The notes under the pieces are model-generated. The model was not told where the DNA came from. It made no database searches and was given only the letters and a program-made list of their open reading frames with translations. The translations under genes were made by a program, and so were the position numbers. A stretch of DNA of 62,941 nt, the filler included, from Asterionella formosa (taxonomy: Eukaryota): assembly GCA_002256025.1 (NCBI GenBank). It is 22 parts of 22 records of this genome, joined end to end, with 100 filler letters (N's around TTAATTAATTAA, not from the genome) between each part and the next. Parts side by side here need not be neighbours in the genome. Positions count along the whole stretch, not along the records: positions 23,953 to 25,117 come from NKIB01003952.1; positions 25,218 to 26,382 come from NKIB01003953.1; positions 26,483 to 45,262 come from NKIB01003954.1; 19 more parts are not named here. One strand, written 5' to 3'. Numbering within the stretch: position 1 is the stretch's first letter; every line of letters starts with the position of its first letter. Positions 25,057 to 36,011 of this stretch are shown here, in pieces.

Positions 25057-27071
25057 AACTTAAGTAGTCACCCCATCGTCGCTTGGATAATAGTCATTGT
25101 AGCCCTCACACATACCCNNNNNNNNNNNNNNNNNNNNNNNNNNNNNNNNNNNNNNNNNNNNTTAATTAATTAANNNNNNNNNNNNNNNNNNNNNNNNNNN
25201 NNNNNNNNNNNNNNNNNCCTCGTCAGGCGACGACAATAACGGCGTCTGCAGGGCTTGGAGTCGAAGACTTCGCCGCGGTACATTGACCACCACCATCATG
25301 CCGATGACTGGACAGAGCCAATGCCGCCCGTAAGGTCTGGTGATGATACGGACGGCGAGTAAAAGACACAGGCGAAGAATGTTGGCGGTTGTGTGCGTTT
25401 TGTTGTTGGAACAAAATCAAATGGATGCTCATTTGCTTGTGTTTCATATTAATATTACGGTGCATATAATATATATATACCGGTATCTACAAGACCCTAT
25501 CATGATCAATAGTATCAAGCAAAATATGATACCGGTACCTATAAAACAACTGTTGACACAATCACGACGATACCATACATAAGATGCTGCCGGACACAGA
25601 AACTATTTATCATGAAATATTCTAACATTGTGCTGTGCTCTGTAAATTTATTCCATACCCTGTTGGATATACGTCTGGTAGCAGTTAAATCCATAGATTC
25701 AAGTTCCAGCACATACCTACATGCATATTGGTTACATGAGTCTCCACCATTCTGCATCTGTCATCCATAGAATGACTCCACCAGAGTTATGTTGTAATAA
25801 TCCTCTGCTTATTAAGGGTGATGGTTATGATCACTCTGTAAGCTATCTCCAGTCAACAGCATCCAGGCCTAACAGGTCCTGAGGTTAAGATGCAAAATAG
25901 TGTAATTAAGGTTCCTGCATTTGAACCCCTTGGCAAAAGTTAAATTATTGCTTAGGGTTGCTGAAATGCCCAGGAACTAAGAACTTTTATGTGCTGATTT
26001 TGAATATCAATGATTCCGTTTGAAATATTCAAATGAGTGGAAATTTGTGCGTATGCATATAGATTCCTTTTCAAATGCATTTAATATGTATAAATAGATT
26101 TTACATCTCTGAATGTATATATATAGCTACTCTACCAATAGTATACCACCTACTTGGATCCACTTATACTGTGTATCATATGCACGACCCAGCGGCTCCG
26201 AAAAATATTTGAATGTGCATCCTGGTACTACTGGTATTACCAATGATGATCAGCAACCAGTACCTGGCACCGGTAGGGTTACCCAGGACCTGGTGCTCAG
26301 TATTCCTACTCCGTACGGATACCAGTATACAGGAAGCATCGGCCAACACCCAAGAAAATGCTTCATGTGTATCCAGTGTGGCNNNNNNNNNNNNNNNNNN
26401 NNNNNNNNNNNNNNNNNNNNNNNNNNTTAATTAATTAANNNNNNNNNNNNNNNNNNNNNNNNNNNNNNNNNNNNNNNNNNNNGGTATGAATACCTCCTCT
26501 CTGAGGGGGAACGGTTGGAAGATTTACTGGATTAGACATGGTCGTTGATCTTGTAATCTGATGGAAGCTTTATTTATTCTCTTATAATGTTGGGCTCATA
26601 ACCACTTGTTATAGATGAATAGTACTGTGGACAGTTCTTGCAATGAAGCAGGATGAAGTAGACTCTTGAGGTTGTTCTAACTTGTAGAAGCGGAAGGTTT
26701 GTAATGACGACTAATTCCTAAAGTATTTATTAGAAATTGTGAGCTATATATTATATATGCCGGAAGTGATGGTGGCACAGGTAATGATGGCGGTATATGT
26801 TATTCAAAACCAAATATCCAATGCTGACATCATCTTATGATATTCCATGGTAACGGTCCTATAACCGGCAATGAAATAATAATCATATGTACATACATCA
26901 CTCATACTTTCGTTACTAGACTGCTGTATTTTAAAAGAGCGTAGGAATACCGGTACACAAAAGTAAGAATAATAAACTAGTCTAATGAATACTAATAATA
27001 TTTGTAATATATTCATACCGGAATATACCGGTATATTCAATATTCAACATAGTTTATTTTGTCCTACCGCC

Positions 27072-27884
27072 ATGGCAAACACTGCTCCCAAACACAAGTC
27101 CCCCAGCTCCTCAGCTCACCCCACTGCCAAAGCCCTCTTCGCAGCATTTAGTGAAACCTCCAAAAATCAACAGCAACCGCAGCAATCCGCATTTATCCGC
27201 AAGCAATCTATCACGTTGGGATGGAGATCCCGACATTCTCAAGATGCCTTTTATCCCATTACTATAAATGGCGTTGAACTTTCCATTCAACAATTCCAAC
27301 GAGGCGAAATAGAAGACACATACGGTACAGGAGCGACAGTGTGGCCTGCCAGTGTAGTCTTGTGCAAATATATGGAATTGCACCAACACTCGGTCATTCA
27401 AAACAAAACTATATTGGATTTGGGGGCCGGAACTGGAATTACGAGTCTTGCGGCTGCCATCTTGGGAGCAGCCAGTGTCACCTGTACGGATGGTTGTGAA
27501 AAGGTAGTGGAATTGGCTCAGGCCAATGTGGATCGAATTTTTACTACAACTACGGAAACACCGATACATGTGTGTCACTATGGGTGGGGAGACAGATCGA
27601 TCCAATCAACGTTCAATGTGATTCTAGTAGCTGATTGTGTCCTACCCAAACTCTATCCGATAGCACCTCTTGTGGCTGCCATTGATGAACTTCTAGATGT
27701 GGATGGTGTTGCACTACTAAGCTACGAACATCGATATTATCCCGATTATGATCCCAGAACACATTTTGTGGATTTGGCATATGAAAGGAATTTGGTCGTG
27801 GAGACGATACTACAGGACGAGCACGATCCGGTATATTCGGTAGACGATATTGAAATTTGGAAAGTTCGGCGTGTTTCCACCTGA
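27072..27884 (+). CDS. METTL21-like protein-lysine methyltransferase (Methyltransf_16)
   Basis: TGATVWPASVVL, SAM-binding motif I ILDLGAGTG, VTCTD, YGWG and ILVADCV; GCCATGG start at 27072. Confidence 0.9.
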   Translation: MANTAPKHKSPSSSAHPTAKALFAAFSETSKNQQQPQQSAFIRKQSITLGWRSRHSQDAFYPITINGVELSIQQFQRGEIEDTYGTGATVWPASVVLCKYMELHQHSVIQNKTILDLGAGTGITSLAAAILGAASVTCTDGCEKVVELAQANVDRIFTTTTETPIHVCHYGWGDRSIQSTFNVILVADCVLPKLYPIAPLVAAIDELLDVDGVALLSYEHRYYPDYDPRTHFVDLAYERNLVVETILQDEHDPVYSVDDIEIWKVRRVST

Positions 27885-28329
27885 GACAATAAATGCATTA
27901 CCGCTGCTTGTCGCTATTTGACTAGACGTTTCCTATCCTAACGATTGTCACCATTGGAAATACATGCTCTGCAGGGAATCCACTAGCACATGGACTGGTA
28001 CGAATGCATTAGAGTAACATATATAATAGTCTAGTTATATAGTAATAAATGCGGGGTGGATCGCATTCGCCTCTGTGTTAATTAATCATCCCGGGCAGTT
28101 GACGGAACACATGCAACGGACGGCAAACCACTGCTGCTTGAACGATGGAATCAAAAGTTAGAGATCTTGGCAACGAAACCTGTTCTATTCGACTACCAAA
28201 AGACCTAAAATATAGAGTAGATAGTAAATATATTATTGAACGGATCTATAAAAAGCTATATTTTTTATATCTGATTCCTGCTTTGATGACGCTCATTCTC
28301 TTGCAGAAGGGACAATTCCACAATCTATA

Positions 28330-29574
28330 GTGGTGGGAACTGTCATTGGGGTATTGTGTGGAATAGCGGCCTATTTGTACTATACTACTCTTAGGTACTT
28401 GTTGGACGTGCTATGGAAAGACCTTCCTCGCAGTTTAGGCATCGACCGGTGGGAGGAGCACTCATTAGTGTGGATCCCAATTATGGTATGGACCATCATG
28501 TCTATTTGCATTGGCGTTTCGGTTGTATTCTTGGGAGAACCGGGGGATTTGGCATTAACCATTGGAATGGTGCACGAAAAGGGATTTATTCCAATGGATC
28601 ACGTCATGCCCATGCTGGTTGCCAGTATGTATTGCATTGTAGGTGGGGGGTCTCTGGGACCTGGGCCCCTTGGAGGCTTCGTGTCAAGAACAATCTTTCG
28701 ACAGCGATTCAGAAATGAAGTGCATAGACATATATTGATAGGAATGTCTGGAGCTTTATCAGCGTTTTTTGGGGTGCCACTTGGTGATTCCATCTTTGCT
28801 TTGGAAGTTTGCTCTCGATTTGGAGTGGAGTATTTTGAGCATTTAGTCGAAGCTATATTCGAAGCTATATTCGAAGCTATCTTTTGAAGTGGCCTCCCTG
28901 CGGCGCCAATTTGGATCTTGACAAATGCACAAAAGATGGAGTCGCATCCTTCTGATGTGTTGACTGGAGCAGCCATTGGACTTTTGGGATCAGGGGTAGC
29001 TCTTTGTTTTTCAATTTTCCATTGACATGTCATGAAGTTCATGGGTGACTTTGTACTCTTGGATAATAGTAAAGCTGTGTGGCGATCATTGCTTGGTGGA
29101 ACTGTCATTCTAAACATTGGGGTCATGATTCCCCAAACAATGTTTTGGCGTGAGGAAGAGTTTCCTACCATTGCTGCAATGAACCCTGCCAAAAATTTGC
29201 CCCATATTTGGCCAATCTCCGGTGCCATTGGCTGGATTTGAGATGAATACCATTTGGAAGGTCCTGCTGGTGGGAGCTGCTAAGATTGTTGCCATTTCAT
29301 TTACTGTTGCCACAGGATTTCGAAGAGGGTTTAAATTTCCATTCTTTGCTGCTGGCGCGGCCTTTGGTAATGTTTTGTTGTGAATATTTCCAAAACTCAA
29401 TATTCAACTTGCCACTTAACGTTTTGCCGCTGGAATAAATGTCGTTGTTACTCGTACGGCTCTGGCAACAACACTTATTTTATCCTTTTTGGCAGGAGAA
29501 CCAAGTGCATTACCTGCAATATTAGCGGCATCCTTGTCGTCATTGTTTTCAATTTCCTTTATGACATTCCTTAA
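28330..29574 (+). pseudogene. CLC chloride channel/transporter pseudogene
   Basis: CLC motifs GGGSLGP, GMSGALSAFFGVPLGDSIFALEV and GFRRGFKFPFFAAG are broken by stops and frameshifts. The gating Glu segment is missing and a 12-bp unit GAAGCTATATTC is triplicated (~28849-28884). Confidence 0.85.
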
Positions 29575-31064
29575 GACACTACTCTTTGTTTTACTATCGA
29601 CAATCTTTGGCAGACTTGAGTTCTGGAAGTGTTATGATTATGTCTAACAGATCATCATTTACAGATTTCATTGCAGATGATAAAATTGAAACAATTCTTG
29701 ATTCATATTTTGTAGCTTTGCTATTTACGTCTTATTGTAAATCCTTTGTGACCCTCCTGTAAGAAGACTCGATCTGGGGCAGTCTGGTATATTGTTCACA
29801 CAGCAACTCACAGATGGTATAAGTTGCTACATATTATCAGCTAAAAATCAAGTCTGCTACTTTCGGTTTCTGCCTACTCTATTTGGATTTGCGTGTCCAT
29901 TCTGAATACCTTGGATTCTCTGAAGAATTCCCTACATTATGATGACTCATCAGTTGTACAAAAAATTTCAGGCCTCTCTTACTACGTTTTAATTGCAACA
30001 CATCCCAAAGGGTAGGTTTTGCAGATCAGGTCTGTCACTAGCTCATCAAATGCAACCTGTTTTCTCGCGAGTTTCTGATCTTCGTCATTCTCTGTCACCT
30101 GGCTGGCTGATTGAAACAGTTTGAAACAGCTCGTAGTGTTGTCATAAATCTGGTTCCATTGCCAAATTGACCAAAACAGTTCAATATTCATAGACAAGAT
30201 TTAGAACTTGATTGTCCGCACTTGTTCAAATGGAAAACATACACTAGTAGTTTGGGTCTAGCACTACATAGTAGGCTCGTGCTCAATCCTAAGTGAATTA
30301 TAAATTCTGGACTACCAGGTACTTACTATGTACCTGTCGTACTGGTACTGGAATGGACATGTAGCTTGCTACTTCTAAACTTGATCATCCTTATTTCTAT
30401 AGACAAAGGAAACAGGGTGTGTGCACGAAGCGCGCACTTGAAACCCAGATGGAACAGCAGGCTTAGGTTGAGATTGGGATAGCGACCATGGGAGCTAAGA
30501 CAGTCTAGCCAAAAAGTCGAAGATGAAGTTCAAAGGTAGTAGCAGGGAACACAGTGAACCATGCAAGCGAAGGTTTTGGAAGAGTCCAGAAGCCGAAGAG
30601 CAAGAAGGCAAGGTTTCAAGGCCGAAAGTTCATATTTCATTGAATCAGCTTTCAAACAAAGCCACAGCACCAAACCCAAGCCATGCGAAAAATTTATAGG
30701 CTATAGATAAAATTCACCCACCCGAAGTCCCACCCATGGCTAAAGTGCAAACTCTACTGCAGCTAAGGGGACCCAGAGTGAGGAAATCACCCAAGCTACA
30801 AAGAATCGAAATCGAAAAACCAACTATGGATGATGAGCCTAAAGATTAGTTGATGCAGATCAAAATTATCTTCACAAAGCCAGGAAATATTCTCAGGAAA
30901 GGCAGTCGAATAAGTCGGTAATTGAGTCGAAGTACCGGTATACTTTTTGCACTCAGGACGAGAGTAGCAAATATTCATCTGTATATATTATAGGCTAAAC
31001 AACAATGAGCATGTTGTAGACTAACAGGTCATGAGACGAAAAAGTGGTTCATCATGAGATATAC

Positions 31065-31220
31065 AGTACCTGGTACCAGGTACCAGAGTACCAGGTACCA
31101 GGTACCAGGTACCATCAGGTACTTCCTGGTACCAGGTACCAGGTACCTGGTACTCCCTGGTATCAGGTTACCAGGTTACCAGTGGACAACTACCAGTAAG
31201 TAGTGTGTACCAGGTACTGT
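31065..31220. repeat. GGTACCA/TACCTGG heptamer-type cluster
   Basis: Dense imperfect tandem and inverted copies of TACCAGG/TACCTGG; the same motif clusters in many intergenic regions of the window. Confidence 0.85.
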
Positions 31221-31588
31221 GGTAGAATGTGGTTCATCCTCACCATATGTAGCCATTACGTTTTTATCCCTGTAGGATCTGATTTGGCCGACAAGCCGAC
31301 ACCATCGTCATTATTCACCATTGATTGAGCGATACCTTTACATACACAGGTACCTGTATTAGCTCCTACACACGACTGTACCTGGTACCAGGTACCTGGT
31401 ACACTACATGTAACGGTGTAGTGGCACAGCTCAGATTTCTGCCAAAATATGATTTTTTATGTCGTAGACTACTGTACAAAAATCCATGTACTATAATTTG
31501 CCAATTTATGGCGAGACAAACCCACTGCAAAATTTCGACAACAAGCTATCTCATTCAACATCACTTCAACATCTTTCTTCCGATTGAA

Positions 31589-32238
31589 ATGCAACGATTG
31601 AATACTCTCCTCATTCTTACCCTTGCATCGTCTGCCAATGGCTACTCTCTGAACGCCAGGAGAAATGGGCATGACTCCAAGCTTTCCACGGTCAACGATC
31701 GAAGGGTCTTTTTAGGTTCAAGTGTCATGGCTGGTTTCACTTTCTTCACGTCGATGCCTGCGTTCGCCGACGCTGACCTCTCCATGCCTAGTGAAGCAGA
31801 ACAAGCTGAGATGCAGGTACGTGTTTTCATAACAGGCCCACCCCAATCTCGACTCTGTAGCGATTTTGTGATTTTGCTCCTGGAGGCAGAAATGCTTTTT
31901 GCAAAAACTGTTCGTTCACTTAATCTTGCTACAAACCTGGGGGATATAAACACTGTGTTTGCTGAGTATCTCCTCTGTCTCATGGAGAATCATTCTATCC
32001 CAACGTGGTTACATTCGTTTATCGTCGCTAACAGTACTGAATACCTTCCTTGCCATGTAACCAGAAAGCTGAAATGGAAGCAAGACTAAGGAGAAAAGCT
32101 GAGCTTCAGAAGAAAGCCTCCAAGCCACAGACTTTCGGGGAGAGTCTCAAAGGTGAAATAACCAAGCAGAAGAGCTTGGAAAAGACCAAGCAAGAACGCA
32201 GAGATGCCATGTGTGAAGAACTTGGACGTGGATGCTAA
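31589..32238 (+). CDS. Small plastid thylakoid-lumen protein (~133-aa precursor); exons 31589-31816 and 32065-32238
   Basis: Signal peptide, twin-arginine DRRVFL plus hydrophobic stretch and PAFA cleavage site. CAG|GTACGT donor, GCTAAC branch point, CAG acceptor. Charged helical mature part ending CEELGRGC. Confidence 0.85.
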
Positions 32239-33644
32239 CCGTGATTGCACGCAAAAGAATTTCATTCGTTTCCTTTTCGACGTCACTACATAGGAAGTTT
32301 CGCTATGCTTCTTTTATACTCCATCTTCACATAAACGAATAGGAAGTGCTATAATAATCCTATTTGCCGTTCTCATTTTGTCGTTGTCGTTCTTACCCCC
32401 TTTTTAATTGGGAGTGATACTTGACGGCTAGTAAGTACGTGGTGGCGATTTGAAAGACATGGCGTCTTGGTAGGCTTCACATGGGTATAAACAGAGAATA
32501 CTTCGTTAAATGGAATAGGCATTAGCAATGAGCTCTTTTTCCAGAGCATGATGGCTCTGAAGGTAGTACTTGTGATTTTCGACTGCAGTAGATGTGATTT
32601 TTTCACGTTACAGTCATGGTGATCGGACGAAACCATTGCTTTGTTTTTGATACCAGTCAATGTAGCAAAAAGCAATTCAAGTTTGAAACAACTTATACCT
32701 TGGTGCAGCTGACCAAACCATCATTAATAACTTTGTTGAGTTAAATCGGGACCCCTTTGCCTGAACAATATGCTGACTACATGTTGTGAGCAGTGAGTAC
32801 CATGGTATTTTAGACATACACATTGTAGTCACACAACCTGTATACAAGGACGAGCGATAATTTAACCAAGGGAAACTTGCACAACACTTGTCAACCTTTG
32901 GACAAACATGTTTACCTGGGTCATTGCTAATACTACTAGCTTAATTAATATGGTGGATGATATTTTAACACATGCAACACATTGCTGTAGCTAGTCAAGA
33001 TTGTCCCATTTCTGGGGGTTTCAATTTTTTCCTGTTCACAATAGGGGATGGGGTAAATCTTCTTTGCTGAGTTTCATCTGAATTTCAGTGAAGACTGACA
33101 GTAAACAACACCTATGATCATTTTCAAAAATACTCCTCGCTTATTATTGAAGAAATTGGTTTGGAGACACCTCTTGCTTGCAGTAATTACCACACACAAG
33201 AATTCCATCCCAAGATCCTATCAAAGATGGAGTGCTTTTTGGTACCATCAGAGTGACCTGAGCAACCAGCCAGTTTATTGCTATCAACCAAACAGTTAGT
33301 TTATTTAAACTCATTGTTGTCAAGACTTTGGAATATAATTGAAAATTTTCTTGCTGATCTGATATATCTTTTTGCCATATGTTAAGGACAGGTTGCCATT
33401 TTTTCAAATTACATCCCAATTGATGAAAGGCCTGAACCATCTGAGAATAGCACTGATTTTTTCCTATGATTGCTATCCGGTTTTCCTCCAATTTCTTCCC
33501 TTGATTGTTCCTCCTGCCAGCCACCGTGTTCTGGGAGGACATGGCAGGAAAAGAATGGTAGAAAAGTCCGGGTTTCCCCACCTGCAACAATTGTTGCTTT
33601 TCTTCATAATTTTCTTGACGACGCACACATGCCAGTACATCATG

Positions 33645-33745
33645 CGATGTGCTCTTTCTTTCTCCTAAGCAGTTATCAGATTTACATTTCATATTTCGAT
33701 GTGCTCTTTCTTTCTCCTAAGCAGTTATCAGATTTACATTTCATA
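33645..33745 (+). repeat. Tandem duplication, 52-bp period x2
   Basis: CGATGTGCTCTTTCTTTCTCCTAAGCAGTTATCAGATTTACATTTCATA occurs at 33645 and 33697. Confidence 0.9.
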
Positions 33746-33845
33746 ATTGCACATGGCCATCCTTGACGACCTAATTCTGGACATGCAGGGTTGTTTCATG
33801 GACACAATAGAAATTAGGGCTAGCTAGTCTTGTGGCTTCAACACA

Positions 33846-34556
33846 ATGTCTAATGATGGCAGTAATAACACTAATGATTGGCCCGTGTATTGTCATGGGA
33901 TACAAGTCTTGGCCTTGGGTTTTTTGCTTTACTCGATGGGTATTTGGCTGATTGCGCGTCAGACCCCAAAGCAGACGATTCGATTTTTATTTGGTTTGGG
34001 TCGCCGAGCTGTCGGAATTGTAAATGACATGTCACGTATCGATGACACAACATGGTTCTTACAAGTTCGAACTTCAACTATCCATGAAGCATCATCATCA
34101 GTAACAAGTACCAGCGTGACCAATGAGTTTACAATTCAAGAAAGGAATACAAACTGTTGCATCCGCCAGGCAACATCACCTTCTTCTACGGACAACAACG
34201 ACAGCGAAATCAATGTACTAGTACGAAACAATGAGGACCCTTATTACTCTGTCCCCTTGTGCGAATTGGAACAAATTCGTCGAACTCGTACTATAGCCAT
34301 GCTTTTAGATTCGGAGAACCATGTGGCGGTTCCCGAGAGTTCTATACAATCATTTGATTTGAATGTTTTGCAACAGTATCTCGTGCTTTTTGGGTTCATG
34401 TGCCATTTATGGGGGCTTGGGACACTTTTTTCCATAATGTCAACGCTACCTAGTCGTATGGCTCTTGGTATTCTGCAAGTGGCGTGGATGTGTGGTACAT
34501 TCGGTGCAACCATGTGGTACTTTCGTCGTTTTTGTCGTCAAGAGGTTGTCAAGTAA
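33846..34556 (+). CDS. Hypothetical membrane protein (~3 TM)
   Basis: 236-aa ORF with ACAATG start, one N-terminal and two C-terminal hydrophobic helices. Confidence 0.6.
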   Translation: MSNDGSNNTNDWPVYCHGIQVLALGFLLYSMGIWLIARQTPKQTIRFLFGLGRRAVGIVNDMSRIDDTTWFLQVRTSTIHEASSSVTSTSVTNEFTIQERNTNCCIRQATSPSSTDNNDSEINVLVRNNEDPYYSVPLCELEQIRRTRTIAMLLDSENHVAVPESSIQSFDLNVLQQYLVLFGFMCHLWGLGTLFSIMSTLPSRMALGILQVAWMCGTFGATMWYFRRFCRQEVVK

Positions 34557-34817
34557 ACCGACACCCAAAACTACTGTTTAGTGACCTATGGTTGTGTCGC
34601 TTTGGAATCTGTGTTCTGATTATACTATATAACTAGAAAGGCTGGGCCGCAGTAGGCACTACATGGCATGTTATCAAAAGAGAATAAATCATATATATAT
34701 GAATGTAAATGTAAATGAGAAAGTCTATTTGTTATCTCGTTACATTTGCAACAATCACTTCCTAGACCGTTGAATCCATAAATGAGTATTACTACATAGT
34801 ATAATAACTTTCTTTTC

Positions 34818-35408
34818 CTAATTATCGTCTGGGAGTAATCCTCCTGGAATGATGGCAGCAATATCTTGAGATCGCATGTAACTCAATTTCTTTCCATCCG
34901 TAGTTTCTTCATCTTTGGGTCCAATTCCCCATGGATTCTTTGCAATGATATAGTCTCCTACAGAGACGGAGGGCATGGGTGCAATGAATCCATTTTCTTC
35001 TTCTCTACCCGGTCCGACCGAGAGGACTTATTATGTGAAATGTCAATGTGAATGAGCCAACAAAAACGAAAACGCGGAATGTAATAGGACAAGTATTTTT
35101 CTTCTTCCTCGACGGTCCTTACCTTTACAAATATGCAATTTCGGAAGATCTGCTTCGGGGACAAACAATCCACTCTTCGTTTTAGGACGCCCTTGAATCC
35201 GTTCACACAGTACCATGTCATAATGACTCAACCACGCATTTTCTTTACCAGCTTTCGAATCTAAATTCAAACGTCCAACACCAGCTCCACCAAAGAACTT
35301 TTTAGGTGCCTTATCACTTACGGATGGTGCAGCAAGGGAAGAGACAATCGTTGGTAGTAGTAGAAGTAGTAGTTGGATGACGACAAGACGAGTGGAGTGA
35401 ACCTTCAT
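34818..35408 (-). CDS. Plastid-targeted co-chaperonin Cpn10/GroES-like (164 aa); exons 35408-35123 and 35026-34818
   Basis: Signal peptide; YDMVLCER...KTKSGLFVP mobile loop spliced (GTAAG...AAG) to VLSVGPGREEENG...VSVGDYII...MRSQDIAAII, the GroES pattern. Confidence 0.88.
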
Positions 35409-36011
35409 AGTGCTGGTGAGGGGGAGGGGGTCAACTCAACGATAGAATTGGCAATGTAATACCGAATAGCCGACAGTGAAATGGTGATATGAAAACATTT
35501 TAGAGTATACCGGTAACAGTACACACTTCAATGTAAATACACCCATCACAGTCAGTTCGTATACATAAACTCACACATTATCTTGCATTATATGTGCTGG
35601 TACGTGCGTACTATTAGGTATTCTTATGGTTTCGGAGTCATCCGAGAGTACTTTTCCATCACAACGGTATGTACGGTATGTTTTATCCATCTTATTTTCA
35701 ACGGCGAGGATGCTGCTTGATATACCCGGCCTGTACGTCCTTCCGAACAATTTTCTGTAGATTCCCCTGTAGTATTTATAGCATCGTAGCTGATCGCCAT
35801 ACTGATGGCGACCACAATGAAAGGTAAAATCGATTTTGGTCCTTTTTTTTCGTTTCATAGTATGATTTTATCAAAATTTATCTTGGCTGCTTGCTTGCAT
35901 GGTGATGGTCCCCCTCATGGTTTGGTTCTATATATCGCAAATTGAAAATATACCCTTTGTCTTCATTGACTTTCCACCAAGCAATTCCCTACCGGTAACC
36001 AGACTACTACC

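Larger units (their letters stand above)
24019..25117 (+). mobile_element. 5'-truncated endonuclease-deficient Penelope-like retroelement (Athena/Coprina-type)
   Basis: PLE-type RT C-terminal half directly abutting telomere repeats, no GIY-YIG motif before the stop, hammerhead in the 3' region. Confidence 0.88.

Noticed and set aside
25223..25465. Short minus-strand ORF near a contig start
   Set aside because: May be a gene 5' end, but frame and product cannot be supported.
28599..29228. 209-aa minus-strand ORF, and similar antisense ORFs over myosin, HID1, gnd and EFTUD2
   Set aside because: Shadow frames of genes or pseudogenes on the opposite strand.
29640..30230. Possible decayed coding sequence on the minus strand
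   Set aside because: Multiple stops and no motif I can identify.
31325..32089. 254-aa ORF as a single protein
   Set aside because: Read-through of upstream repeat DNA and an intron; the real gene is the spliced 31589-32238 model.
33114..33766. Cluster of overlapping ORFs, including a 182-aa one
   Set aside because: No recognisable motif; starts inside a tandem duplication; probably decayed repeat DNA.
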